In this document: piece by piece, positions 14,720-28,717 of the stretch
Numbering within the stretch: the first letter of the stretch is position 1
Layout of the letters: each line of letters begins with the position of its first letter
Source of the DNA: Octopus vulgaris
Lineage: Eukaryota
Reading direction: 5' to 3'
Length of the DNA stretch: 64,000 bases
Assembly (NCBI GenBank): GCA_951406725.2
Contig: OX597841.1
Span: 25,792,001 to 25,856,000, forward strand
Program-made: the position numbers and the translations under genes
Notes under the pieces: generated by a model
The model's input: only the letters and a program-made list of their open reading frames with translations
What the model was told of the DNA's origin: nothing
Databases searched by the model: none

Positions 14720-15255
14720 GTCGTAGTTGTCGTTGTAGTAGTAGTAGCAATGGTTGTAATTGTAGTAGTGGTAGTAGTAGTGACAAGAACTATAGTAGTC
14801 GTTGAGTAAAAGTAGTGGTATTTGTAGCGGAAGTAGTAGTAGTAGTAGTAGTAGCAGCAGCAGTAGTAGTAGTGGTAGTAGTAGTAGTGGTAGTAGTAAC
14901 TACAGCAGCAGCAGTCGTAGTAGTAACTTTAGTAGTAGTTGTGGTGATGGTTCTGGTAGTAGTAGTTGCTGTTACTGTTGTGGCTGTTCCTCCAGTTATC
15001 GCAGTAGTTGTTGGTGTTTGATGCTGTTGCTGCTACTACGACTGCTGCTGCTGCTGCTGTTTTCGTTCTTCCTCTTGTTGTTGTTGTTGTTGTTGGTGTG
15101 GGCCCTCGTAGTCGATGATGTCCTCCCATTTGTTCGTTCCAGCCATTTTGTTATCGTCGTATTTTACCGGATGCTGCCACCACCCCCACCACCACCACCA
15201 CCACCACCACAACTACTAAAGTTACTACTAATGGTTGTGGTGGTGGTGGTGGTAG

Positions 15256-15297
<42 letters not shown>

Positions 15298-15828
15298 CGC
15301 AACAAATACCACTACTTTTACACCACTAATACTATAGCTGTTGTCACTACTACTACTACCACTACTACAATTACAACTACTGCTACTACTACTACGACAA
15401 CTACGACCATTACCGTTACTACTATTACTACTACTAATACAGTTACTGCTATAACAACTACTACTACCAATACTACTGCTACTATTACTGCTGCTGCTGC
15501 TACTACTACGACCAGTACCGCTACTACTACGGTGATGATTGTAGAGGTACTTGTAGTAGTAGAAGTAGAAGTTGTAGTAGAGGCAGCAGCAGTAGTGGTA
15601 GTAGTATAATAGTATTAGTGGTGGTGGTGGTGGTAGTAGTAGTAGTAGTAATGGTGGTGGTGGTGGTAGTAGTAGTAGTAGTAGTAATGGTTGTGGTGGT
15701 GGTGGTGGTAGTAGTAGTAGTAGTAGTGGCAGCAGCAGTAGTAGTAGTAGTAGTAGTTATAATAGTATTAGTAGTAATATAATGGCAGTAGTAGTCGTAG
15801 TATAATGGTAGTAGTAGTAGTAATGGTT

Positions 15829-15872
<44 letters not shown>

Positions 15873-16135
15873 GGTGGTAGTAGTAGTAGTAGTAGTGGCA
15901 GAAGCAGTAGTAGTAATAGTAGTATTAGTAGTAGTATAATAGTAGTAGTAGTAGTAGTAGTAGTAGTACTAGTAGTAATGGTGGTGGTAGTAGTAGTAGT
16001 AATGGTTGTGGTGGTGGTAGTAGTAGTAGTAGTGGCAGAAGCAGTAGTAGTAATAGTAGTATTAGTAGTAGTATAATGGTAGTAGTAGTAGTAGTACTAG
16101 TAGTAATGGTGGTGGTAGTTGTTTTAGTAATGGTT

Positions 16136-16187
<52 letters not shown>

Positions 16188-16400
16188 CAGAAGCAGTAGT
16201 AGTAATAGTAGTATTAGTAGTAGTATAATAGTAGTAGTAGTAGTAGTAGTACTAGTAGTAATGGTGGTGGTAGTAGTAGTAGTGGCAGCAGCAGTAGTAG
16301 TAAGTAGTAGTAATAGTAGTGGTAGTACCAGTAGTAGCAGTGGCAGTAGTAGTAGTAGTAATAATAGTAGAAGTAGTAGTAGCAGCAGCTGTAGTAGTTG
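14720..16400. repeat. Complex (AGT)n/(GGT)n trinucleotide low-complexity region with internal strand switches
   Basis: Seen directly; generates spurious poly-S/V/L ORFs. Confidence 0.9.
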
Positions 16401-16783
16401 TTGCTCTTTAAAGCCAGGTGAGTATTCCTGTCGCGACCCTACGGTCTTAATCTGGTGTACAGGTAACCGGCCAAGACATTAATCTCGTTATGTCGTATGC
16501 TTATGTCGTATTAGCGGTTCGGCAAATGACAGCGATAGAATAAGTACTTGGCTTACAAAGAATTTGTTCGACTAAAGGCGGTGTTCCAGCATGGCCGCAG
16601 TCAAATGACAAAAACAAATAAAAGAATATATATATATATATATATAAATAGAATATAAGGTGTTTAGTCCACTGGTGATCTAAACGTATAGGTACGCTGT
16701 GTAAGTTCAATAAATGGTCATCCATTGTGTTCTAAGTTAACTGCTGAGGTTGGAGCTAGGGATCAGTATTGGGCTTCCGCATT

Positions 16784-17114
16784 TTTTTTAAAGACTCCGC
16801 CGGTTACGACGACGAGGGTCCCAGCTGATACGATCAACGGAACAGCTTGCTCGTGAAATTAACGTGCAAATGGCTGAGCACTCCACAGACACGTGTACCC
16901 TTAACGTAGTTCTCGGGGATAATCAGCGTGACACAGAGAGTGACAAGGCTGACCCTTTGAAATACAAGAACAACTCATTTTTGCCAGCTGAGTGGACTGG
17001 AGCAACGTGAAATAAAGTGTCTTGCTCAAGGACACAACGCGTCGCCGGGAATCGAACTCACAACCTAACGATCATGAGCCGAATGCCCTAACCACTAAGC
17101 CACGCGCCCTCACA
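16784..17114 (-). mobile_element. tRNA-derived SINE family D (CORE-like GTGTCCTTGAGCAAGACAC), full length
   Basis: A box TGGCTTAGTGG and B box GTTCGATTCCC on the minus strand; 12-bp TSD GGCTTCCGCATT at 16772-16783 and 17115-17126. Confidence 0.85.
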
Positions 17115-17249
17115 GGCTTCCGCATTAGCAGGTATATATTAGCCTATCACCTGGGATATCCCAGAAACAGCTGTAAGACTTCAAGTTAACTTTACCAGAA
17201 GTTATCATGACTTGATACTCGTCCAGCCTAGGCTTTAGTTGTCCTTTAC

Positions 17250-17310
<61 letters not shown>

Positions 17311-17404
17311 CATATATATATGTATATACATACATATATATATATGTATATACATACATATATATATATGTATATACATATACATACATAGACATATATA
17401 TATA

Positions 17405-17815
17405 TATTCTTTTATTTGTATCAACCATTTGATTGTAGCCATGCTGGAGCAAAGGCTGTAGTCGAAAAAATCGACCCCACGACTTATTCTTTGTAAGCCT
17501 AGTACTTGTTCTATCGGTCTCTTTTGCCGAACAGCTACGTTACTGGGACGTGAACACACCAGCATCGGTTGTCAAGCGATGGTGGAGAGACAAACACAAA
17601 CACATAAACACACACACACACATACGTACATACATACATACATATATATATACGACGGGCTTCTTTCAGTTTATGTCTACCAAATCCACTCACAAGGCTT
17701 TGGTCAACCCAAGGCTATGGTAGAAGGCACTTGCCCAAGGTGCCACGCAGTGGGACTGAACCTACAATCATGTTGTTGCGAAACAAACTTCTTATACAGC
17801 CATACCTACGCCTAA
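17405..17815 (-). mobile_element. SINE family A
   Basis: Reverse complement of the family A sequence. Confidence 0.85.
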
Positions 17816-17988
17816 GTATATACACACACACACACACACACATATATATACAACTACATCGTGGAAGGTGTTTATAAGCCATTTAAAAACACAAAAACCG
17901 TTAGATTCACTTCAACATTTAAATATAAGTTGTCGAAATATTTTCATCGCTTTGAAACCGCAACCTGTCCACTGACAAAATTCCGTGT

Positions 17989-18063
<75 letters not shown>

Positions 18064-18151
18064 ATGTGTGTGTGTGTGTGTGTTTATATATATAATTTTT
18101 TTTCAGAATGAGATAAAAAAACAGGGCTGTGTAGAACATTTATAAATGAAA

Positions 18152-18200
18152 GGTCTTACAGCTGTTTCCAGGATATTTATTATATCCCTTCATCGGAGAG
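18152..18200 (-). ncRNA. Penelope-type minimal hammerhead-like motif (CCGATGA variant)
   Basis: Minus strand: TCT-CCGATGA-A-GGGATAT-AATAA-ATATCCT-G-GAAA-CAGCTG-TA-AGA. Confidence 0.5.
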
Positions 18201-18239
18201 GGTGTGGGATAACGGTTAAGCAACAGTTAATTTAGATAA

Positions 18240-19046
18240 GATATATATATATATATATAGCTGAAGTTGTCTATGTGTGGCGTAGCCTTCAACTAACACT
18301 ATCTCCTCCGAGACCCTGCGGCAATAGTTAATTGAGAGTATGATAGAAGAGGTTTGCTCTTCATAGAAGATAAAATATCGGCCCATAACACCAAAAATAT
18401 TTATAGGTGATTTTTTCTATATCCCTATTTTTTATATATAATAGCTGAAGTTGTCTATGTGTGGCAGGTTTGGTAGCCTTCAACTAACACTATCTCCTCC
18501 GAGACCCTGCGGCACAAGTTGACCAAAATTGAGAGTATGATAGAAGAAGGCTTGCTCTTCATTCCGTAGGAAGAAAAAATTCAAATCCGACCATGTTAAC
18601 ACCAAAAATTATTTACATCAAAAAGGTGATTTTTTCTATGAAAATCCCTATTTTTTACGATTTATAAAGCTGAAGTTGTCTGTGTGTGTGGTGGGTTTGG
18701 TAGCCTTCGACTAACACTATCTCCCCCGAGACCCTGCGGCGCAAGTTGACCAAAATTGAGAGTATGATAGAAGAAGGGTTGCTCTTCCTTCCGTAGAAGA
18801 AAAAATTCAAATCCGACCATGTTAACACCAAAAATTATTAACATCAAAAAGGTGCTTTTTTTCTATGACAATCAGTACTTTTTACGATTTTTTGACTGCT
18901 TTGTCGCCATTTTTCATTGTATTTCAACCAGAAAAATGTTCACTTAAAGAGAATAACAAGCTACATAATGCAACATTTTTACTTTTCAAAAATTCTAATT
19001 CTAAGGAGTGGAAACAAACCCGAGCAACGCCGGGCGATACTGCTAG
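18240..19046 (+). mobile_element. Non-autonomous Helitron-like element with a triplicated 5' part
   Basis: Three tandem units starting AGCTGAAGTTGTCT (~18259, 18443, 18668). 3' hairpin CCCGAGCAACGCCGGG, then CTAG|T at 19043-19047. Confidence 0.75.
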
Positions 19047-19086
<40 letters not shown>

Positions 19087-19274
19087 ACTTATAGGTTTCC
19101 ACACTTACCGTCGGCCAAATTCCCATGCAACGCGTTCCTCTCCCTCTGGCCAAGGACTACCCAAATTTAACCAAGATTTTCCACAGCAGGACAGACCCCG
19201 AAACCAGACAGTAGCCAAAGACACATATTTCTTGACCACGCGGCCATTCCTTGCGGCTACATTCAACAGAGATA

Positions 19275-19668
19275 CTCTTTTACTCTTTTACTTGTTTCAG
19301 TCATTTGACTGCGGCCATGATGGAGCACTGCCTTTAGTCGAGCAAATCGACCCCGGGACTTATTCTTTGTAAGCCCAGTACTTATTCTTTCGGTCTCTTT
19401 TGCCGAACCGCTAAGTAACGGGACGTAAACACACCTGCATCGGTTGTCAAGCAATGATAGGGGGACAAACACAGACACACAAACACACATATATATATAT
19501 ACATACATATACGACAGGCTTCTTTCAGTTTCCGTCTCCCAAATCCACTCACAAGGCATTGGCCGGCCCGGGGCTATAGCAGAAGATACTTGCCCAAGAT
19601 GCCACGCAGTGGGACTGAACCCGCACCCATGTGGTTGGTTAGCAAGCTACTTACCACACAGCCACTCC
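19275..19668 (-). mobile_element. SINE family A, near full length
   Basis: Reverse complement of the family A sequence. Confidence 0.85.
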
Positions 19669-19887
19669 TAACCAAAAAGCGTAAAAGAGACAGTAGTGTT
19701 GGTGAAGGGGACGAGGGCACTTTGATTATTCGATAAACCGTGTGGATAGGATAAAAGGTTCCGAGAGGGCATTGCTGACAAGAACGGCGTTTAGGAAGTG
19801 CAGTGGGGTGTGTAGAGGGGCTGGGATGGGATTTGAGAGAATGTGTGGGTTTTGGTGTGGGCGGGAGGAAGGGACAGAAAAGGGTTA

Positions 19888-19924
<37 letters not shown>

Positions 19925-20225
19925 GAGATGGCCGCATGACAGTGTTTCTACGTATATTAATATATCGATGTATGGAAGAATGTCCGCTGGTTTATATACA
20001 CACGCATACACATACAAACACACACATGTATATATATACACACACGCATGTATATAACGAGTGTGTGTGTGTGTGTAGTGCATGTATATTATACGTGTAT
20101 TCATGTATATATACATTGTATGTTTGCATGCGTGTGTGTGTGTATATGTACATATAAGCATACATACACACGTGCCTATATGCGCGCGTGTGTGTGTATA
20201 TAAACATACACATACACGTATACAG

Positions 20226-20276
<51 letters not shown>

Positions 20277-20366
20277 TATATGTATATATACATACTTACA
20301 TATATAGGTTTATACCTTGAACTCAAACACATACACGCACACAGTCGTGTATATACATACATATAT

Positions 20367-20398
<32 letters not shown>

Positions 20399-20477
20399 TC
20401 ACATATATATATATATATATACATACAAATATATATATGTTTATGTATGTATATATATATATACACACACACAAATA

Positions 20478-20532
<55 letters not shown>

Positions 20533-20651
20533 ATATTTATATATATGTATATATACACAAACATATATATATATGTGTGTATATATATATACATGCATAT
20601 ATATATATACATATATATAAATATATACATACATATATATACATATATATT

Positions 20652-20697
<46 letters not shown>

Positions 20698-21705
20698 TAT
20701 ATAAATATATACATATACATATATTTGAATATATATATATATATACACACATATATATATATATATATATATATGTATGCATGTATATAGTGTATCTATA
20801 TCATAAATATTGTGTTAATCAACAAGTCGGTTGCTACTCGTCCATGAAAAACAACAACAGCAGTACCACCACACCAGCCCCAGCACCACAAGGGCCATCC
20901 ATACCACCACCACCACCTCCACCACTACCATCTCCGCCGTCACCGCCAACTATGAATGATGCAGTAAGTACAAAGCAGCCATGCGAGACACTGCACTGTG
21001 CTCTATAATACATAGTAAACTATTAATCGTTGTACCACCACCACCACCACCACCACCACCACCACCATCTTCTCTAACACCGCCGCCGCCGCCACCACCA
21101 CCACCAACGTCGCCCTCGTCATCGCCGCCGTCGCCTTCTCCTACCTGCCTCCATCTCTCCTCGCCTCTCGCCTCCCTCTCTGTATGTGTGTCTGTGTGTC
21201 TGTCTGCCTGCCTGGACGTCGGTCGGTCGGTTTTGTCCGTCATTGTCTTTTTCCGTCTTCTACGCCGACTCCTCCCTCGTCCCCCCCTGATCTTTCCAAT
21301 ATATCTGCACTGCTTCTCCATCTGTCTGCCTGTCTGTCTGTCTCTCTCTCATACACACACTGAATCTATATATGCATATATATATGTATATATATATATG
21401 TTAATAAAATATATGCATATATATAAACATATATGTACGTACACTACACACTACATACATATACACGCATATATGTTATACAGGACACCAAAAGGTGTCG
21501 AACATATATATATCTATGAAAAACATATATCTACATTTTTTAACCAAGGAACAAGCCTTCAAGCTTTTTACTATTTTCTATAAAAGGAGATACAGGACAT
21601 ATAAGCACATATATAATATATATATATATGTGTGTGACACATATATATACATATATATATGTTATATATATATATATATACACACACACACATATATATA
21701 ATATA

Positions 21706-21766
<61 letters not shown>

Positions 21767-22104
21767 CTATGTATATATATCTATTACTCTTTTTAACTTG
21801 TTTAAAACAAGCCTTCTGTAGTTTTTCACTTTTTACAATTTTCTATATATATATATATACACACATATATATGTGGACGTATATATATATATATCGGTTG
21901 TGTGTGTGTGTTATATAAACACATATATATATATATAACATATATATATATATGTGTGTGTTATATATATAACATATATATATATATGTTATATATATAT
22001 AAATATATATATATGAAACACACATATATATATAACGCATATATATAACATACATTATATATATATATATATAACATATTCATTATAAGTATATCACTTT
22101 CACT

Positions 22105-22525
22105 ATTTTACTAGTTTCAGTCATTTGACTGCGGCCATGCTGGAGCACCGCCTTTAGCCGAGCAAATCGACCCCAAGACTTATTCTTTGTAAACCTAGTA
22201 CTTACTCTTTATCTTTTGTTGAACCGCTAAGTTACAGAAAGTTAAACACACCAGCATCAGTTGTCAAAGCGTTGGTGGGGGGACAAACACACACACACAT
22301 ATATATATACGACGGGCTTCTTTCAGTTTCTACCTACCAAACCTACTCACAAGGCTTTGGTCGGCCCGAGGCTAGGGTAGGTGTCATGCAGTAAGACTGA
22401 ACCCGGTACCATGTGGGTGGGAAGCAAAACCCGAATAGGACCGATACAAGATGGGTCGAAACGATCGTAGTGATTAATAAACAATCTTGCGAATTCCATT
22501 TGTTTTATATTGTGTACACACACAC

Positions 22526-22572
<47 letters not shown>

Positions 22573-22779
22573 TGAAGGGCTACTGAAAAGTTCTTGGCTT
22601 TGGGGGCAAAAGAAAATACAGAAGGGTTATGGTTTTATTTAATATATTCTCCTCTCAGATCCACACACTTATAGCTGCGGCCCTTCAGTTTTTCTGAGCC
22701 CTGTAAAAGAACTCGGATGTTTGGGCCTCCAACTGTTCCTTTCGCGACACCGTTAAAACCAGGAACTTTTTAATACACG

Positions 22780-22839
<60 letters not shown>

Positions 22840-23189
22840 CCTATATATACATACCTATATTACTCTTTTACTTGTTTCAGTCATTTGACTGCGGCCATGC
22901 TGGAGCACCGCCTTTAGTCGAGCAAATCGACCCCAGGACTTATTCTTTGAAGCGTAGTACTTATTCTACCGGTCTCTTTTGCCGAACCGCTAAGTTACGG
23001 GGACGTAAACACATCACCATCGGTTGTTAAGCCGCTGACACTTGCCCAAGATGCCACGGGGGACCAACACAGAGGCACAAACATATATACATCAGGATCA
23101 GTTAATTATGACACACACACACACACACAGCCCTGTAAAAGAACTCGGTATATATACCGTTGAAGCCATGAAATTTTATACCCCCCTCG

Positions 23190-23241
<52 letters not shown>

Positions 23242-23593
23242 TTTTACTCTTTTACTTGTTTCAGTCATTTGACTGCGGCCATGCTGGAGCACCGCCTTTT
23301 AGTCGAGCAAATCGACTCCGGGACTTATTCTTTGTAAGCCCAGTACTAATTCTATCGGCCTCTTAAGCCGAACCGCTGAGTTATGAGGACGTAAACACAC
23401 AAGCATCGGTTGTCAAGCAATGCTAGGGGGACAAACACAGACACACAAACACACACATGCATACATATATATATATATACGACAGGCTTCTTTCAGTTTC
23501 CGTCTACCAAATCTACTCACAAGGCATTGGTCGGCCCGGGGCTATAGCAGAAGACACTTGCCCAAGATGCCACGCAGTGGGACTGAACCCGGA

Positions 23594-23597
<4 letters not shown>
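22105..23597 (-). mobile_element. Cluster of three SINE family A copies (22105-22430, 22861-23060, 23240-23597)
   Basis: Repeated TACTTGTTTCAGTCATTTGACTGCGGCCATGCTGGAGCACCGCC. Confidence 0.85.
22571..22784. mobile_element. Tc1/mariner-like MITE (relatives at 46531-46660 and 53421-53625)
   Basis: Degenerate TIRs TATGAAGGGCTACTGAAAAGTTCTTGGCTTT / AAAACCAGGAACTTTTTAATACACGCTCATA in a TA context. Confidence 0.6.
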
Positions 23598-23661
<64 letters not shown>

Positions 23662-23779
23662 GCACCTAGTAATAATTTATAAACACCTAATTATTGAAGT
23701 GGAAAAATTACCAGAAAATCATTTCTGTTCATTGTTTTCAAATATATAATAGTGTACCAAGGGCATTTTTAGTTGTAAT

Positions 23780-24230
23780 TCTGCTATGAGACAGGAGAGG
23801 TATGCAGTAACATATATCTGGAAGATCCTGGAAGGAATTGTGCCAAATTGTGGATCTGAAAGCTACACCAATGCCAGAACGGAACGACACTGCATAGTGC
23901 CAAAGGTCCCAGCAATGCCATCATGCTTCAGGATCAGTTACTGCAACACTCTGGGTTTTAAGGGCCCACAAAGTTTTAATATTTTCCCAAAGAGTCTGAG
24001 GAACTTGGACACAGTAGATGTAGGGGTTTTTAAATCAAAGCTGGACCTCTTCCTGTCGAGATTCCCAGATGAACCTACCTCACAGCAAGAGGTGCAAATG
24101 AGAGTAGCTATATCAAACTCCATTCTTCACCAAGTGCCACATATTAGAGGAGGCTCTTAGTAATAACAGTGTAGCAAAACGGCGGTGCATCAGCACGGCC
24201 GCAGCTCTGAGCTGAAACTAAAGATAAAAA
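23780..24230 (+). mobile_element. CR1-clade LINE 3' fragment (ORF2 C-terminus plus 3' UTR)
   Basis: RQERYAVTYIWKILEGIVPN...GPQSFNIFPKSLRNL...FKSKLDLFLSRFPDEP...SNSILHQ, resembling the CR1 ORF2 C-terminus. Confidence 0.8.
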
Positions 24231-24607
24231 AAACAAAAAACATTATCTATGTATTTGCAAGCATATACAAACTTCGAGGCATCTATGCATATGTGTGTGA
24301 GCGTGTTTGTGTGTGTGTATATGCCGTCTAAGAATCCAATAGTCAGGCAAAATGCGCTTGTGTGTCTGTCAGTAGAGTGGGTATATTAAACTAAGTGTAT
24401 AGTATTATATATCCGTAATGGGTATATAATAACTGTACACTTCGATTAATGTATAAATATATAAATATATATGTATATATGTTTATAAATCCTGGGGGTC
24501 GATTTGCTCGACTAAAAGCAGTGCTCCAGCATGGCCACAGTCGAATGACTGAAACAAGTAAAAGATTAAAAAGGAGTAAAAGAGTATATATATAATATAT
24601 ATAATAA

Positions 24608-24690
<83 letters not shown>

Positions 24691-24701
24691 TATATATATA
24701 C

Positions 24702-24754
<53 letters not shown>

Positions 24755-25465
24755 TATTTACAGAGAAAATGAGATTGACAGTCGGGCGAAGAGGGCGAAA
24801 AAGAGAAAGTAAGTCTACATGCAAGAGTTTTTTTTTCTTTCTTTCTTTCTTTCTAGTCGGCACGCACTGGCAGACTCATTGTTAAAATTAAATACCTTTG
24901 ACAAACTATCAATTTACACTCCTTAATCAACAGCACCAAACCTCTCTGACTAATTCCAGCGTTCATCAAGCGTCATTGATTTTCGATTAATTACTTCGCA
25001 TTTCTTTCTTTCTTTCTTTCTTTCTTTCTTTTTTTTTTTTTTTGTGGGGGGGGGGGGGTTGTAACGTGACATGAGTAAGCGATCAACTGACGAAGGAGTA
25101 ATAAAAACCGAAACAAGTCAGAGTGATGATGTTCTTGTGCGCTTTCAAACGCAGTGTTTGCTCGTCATTGCGGGCCCCGCCCCACCCAAATGAAAAAAAA
25201 CCCCAAAAAACAAAAAAAAAAAAAACCAGCGACGTGTAGAACCATAGAACCACATGCTTATAAGTTTACCTTACATTGGGTTACTGGACTGCGGCCAGGC
25301 TGGCTATTGGACTGCTCTGAAGGGTTTCGTCGAACAAATCGACACCAGGACTTATTTTATAAGACTGGGACTCACTCTATCGATCACTAAGTAACGGGGG
25401 ATGTAAACAAAAAAACAACGGTTTTCAAGCGGCGATGAGGGACAATGACAAAGACATTTACATTG

Positions 25466-25505
<40 letters not shown>

Positions 25506-25622
25506 GTATGTATTGTTTGTCCTGTACTCTGTTTTTTCGTTGTTTAAAAAAAGTCCGTTTCCTTGTTTGATTTTATGTTCTCGTCTCCCGTTGTGTTCTA
25601 CGTTTATTCGTGGTGTCCTGTA

Positions 25623-25678
<56 letters not shown>

Positions 25679-25737
25679 CATGTATATATACATGTAGATG
25701 TAAGTATGTACATATATGTATATATTTTATTTATTTA

Positions 25738-25780
<43 letters not shown>

Positions 25781-25856
25781 CATGTATATATACATGTAGA
25801 TGTAAGTATGTACATATATGTATATATTTTATTTATTTATTATATGTATATATATA

Positions 25857-25914
<58 letters not shown>

Positions 25915-25916
25915 GA

Positions 25917-26655
25917 CTTAGAATAACTTAGAAAGGTTTTGGCCAGTATTGGCCCAGGCCATGTGTAACTTAATAGCACAACCTGGCGTAGTTTTTCAAT
26001 TCAGGATTTGGGCACCAAGGCCCATTCGAGAAGGGAGTTATTGTTTGCGGAGACATATCCGGGTGTGGGTGGTTTGTCCGGGACTGCTCGGAGGAATTTG
26101 TCCAAAGACTTCTTGAATTTTTGTGTGGTCAGTTTCTGCTTTGACGTGTCCTGGTGTAATGTTGAAGAGAGCGGGTCCAATTGAGGCGAAATAATTGTGC
26201 CGTATTGTTGTTATGAGATGCGATTTAGATTTTTGTTGTGAACGGATGGCACGAGGTTCAAGTCTTGAATGTATTTTGAAGGTGATACTAACATCATTTG
26301 GGCAGTGCTGATGGAATATTTTCCATATCATAAAAATAATGTATCGTTCACAGCGTCGTTGGAGTGAATAGAGTTTCAGGTTTTCTAATCGACCCCAGTA
26401 GTCGAGGTCTGATATGCCATCTATCTTTTTCGTGATTGACCTTTGGGGAGCATCAATTTTCATAGTGTTTTGTTTCGTGTAGGGAGACCACAGTGGACAG
26501 CAGTATTCAAGGTGGGGTCGGGCAACAGTGGAGAAGGGAAGGATAATGGTGTGGGAATCTCTCGACTGGAAGGTTCAGAGAATCCAGGAACACATTCTGC
26601 GGGCCATGTCAACTTTACTGCTTTTATGTGTAGCCCAGCTTATGTTGTTGTCCAT
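25917..26655 (-). mobile_element. Degraded CR1-clade LINE 3' fragment (second family)
   Basis: Minus strand ...[11 protein letters not shown]...[14 protein letters not shown]...QRSITKKI...DYWGRLENLKLYSLQRRCERY...GPALFNITP, with an in-frame stop and a frameshift. Confidence 0.85.
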
Positions 26656-26693
26656 AATATATATATGTATATATATACACACATGTATGTATG

Positions 26694-26735
<42 letters not shown>

Positions 26736-26771
26736 CACATATATATATATATGTATATATATATACATATA

Positions 26772-26812
<41 letters not shown>

Positions 26813-26923
26813 GTGTGTATATATATATATGTGTATATATATATGTATATATATATATACATATGTATAAGCATTTCATTATACATTTATCTATACGTAA
26901 AGAGACATACGTATACCTGTATG

Positions 26924-26960
<37 letters not shown>

Positions 26961-27439
26961 TTATATATATATGAGCGTATGTGTATGTGTGTGTACACAT
27001 ATAAGTCACACACACATACACACACACACACACAAACATATGTGCGTGTCAGTGAGTGCGTATGTATGTATGCATAGCTCGATATGTGTGTGTGTATATT
27101 TGTGTGTGTATATATGTGTGTGTGTGTGTGTGTGTGTATCTTCACCTGATTCTCGGCAAACTAGTGCCTCCAGTTAATCCGCTTGGTCAATTCACCAAGG
27201 GATCGATAAAATAAGTACCAGTCTAAAATAAGTATTGTGTGTGTGTGTGTGTGTGGGTGTGTGTGTGTGTGTGTGTAGGGTCGATATCTTTGACTAAAAC
27301 AACCTCGGAAGAGAGCTGCTGCTGCTCCAGCATGACCTTACTCAGTATACCAGAAACCAGTTCGAGATGAACCAAACTGCATTTTCATATTTTTTTACGT
27401 GTAGGAATGTTTCATGGCTGTCTGTCTGTCCGTCTGTCC

Positions 27440-27473
<34 letters not shown>

Positions 27474-27629
27474 GTCTGTCTGTCTGTCCGTCTGTGTCTG
27501 TCTGTCTGTCCGTCTGTGTCTGTCTGTCTGTACTCTGTCTGTCTGTCTGTCTGTCTGTGTCCGTCTGTCTGTCTGTTTGTCTCTTTCATTCTTGGTTTCT
27601 GATAACATCGGTCATCTGTGTCGTCATCT

Positions 27630-28717
27630 TCTAGCACACCACCACTACCACCACCACCACTTTCGACACAACCACAATCACCACCACCAATACCACCATC
27701 GATACCACCACCACCACCACCACCACCACCACCACCACCATCACTGCCACCCCTAAGACCACTACCACAACAACCACTACCACCACCACCACCACCAGTA
27801 AAACCAAACAGTCACCACCAGCACCAGCAGCAGCACCACCACCATCACTGCCACCCCTAAGACCACAACAACTACTACCGCGACAACCACTACTACCACC
27901 ACCACCACCACCAGCAAAACCAAACACAGCCACCACCGGCACCAGCACCAGCACCACTACCATCACTGCCACCCCAAACACAGCCACTACCATCTGTACC
28001 ACCACCACCAGTTACACCCCTACAACCACAACACAGCCACCACCACCACCATCGTTACCTTCGACCACCATCACAGCACCCCTAAGACCACAACAACCAC
28101 TACCGCGACAACCACTACCACCACCACCAGCAAAACCAAACACAGCCACCACCAGCACCAGCACCACTACCACCATCACTGCAACCCCTAAGACCACAAC
28201 AACCACCACCACCACCACCACCACTAACAACACCAACCACCAGCAAAACCAAACACAGCCACCACCAGCACCAGCACCAGCACCACCACCACCATCACTG
28301 CCACCCCTAAGACCACAACAACCACTACCGCGACAACCACTACCACCACCACCAGCAAAACCAAACACAGCCACCACCAGCACCAGCACCACCACCACCA
28401 TCACTGCCACCCCTAAGACCACAACAACCACTACCACCACCACCACCACCAGCAAAACCAAACACAGCCACCACCAGCACTGCCACCCCTAAGACCACAA
28501 CCACCACCACCACCACCATCACTGCCACCCCTAAGACCACTACCACAACCACCACCACCACCACCAGTAAAACCAAACACAGCCACCACCAGCACCACCA
28601 CTACCACCACCACCACCACCACCACCACCACCACCACCACCACCACCACTACCACCACCACCACCACCACCACCACCAGCAAAACCAAACACAGCCACCA
28701 GCAGCACCACCACTACC
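27630..28717. repeat. (CCA)n-rich compound minisatellite
   Basis: Recurring CACCCCTAAGACCAC and CAAAACCAAACACAGCCACC modules in a CCA background; runs into the gap. Confidence 0.9.
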
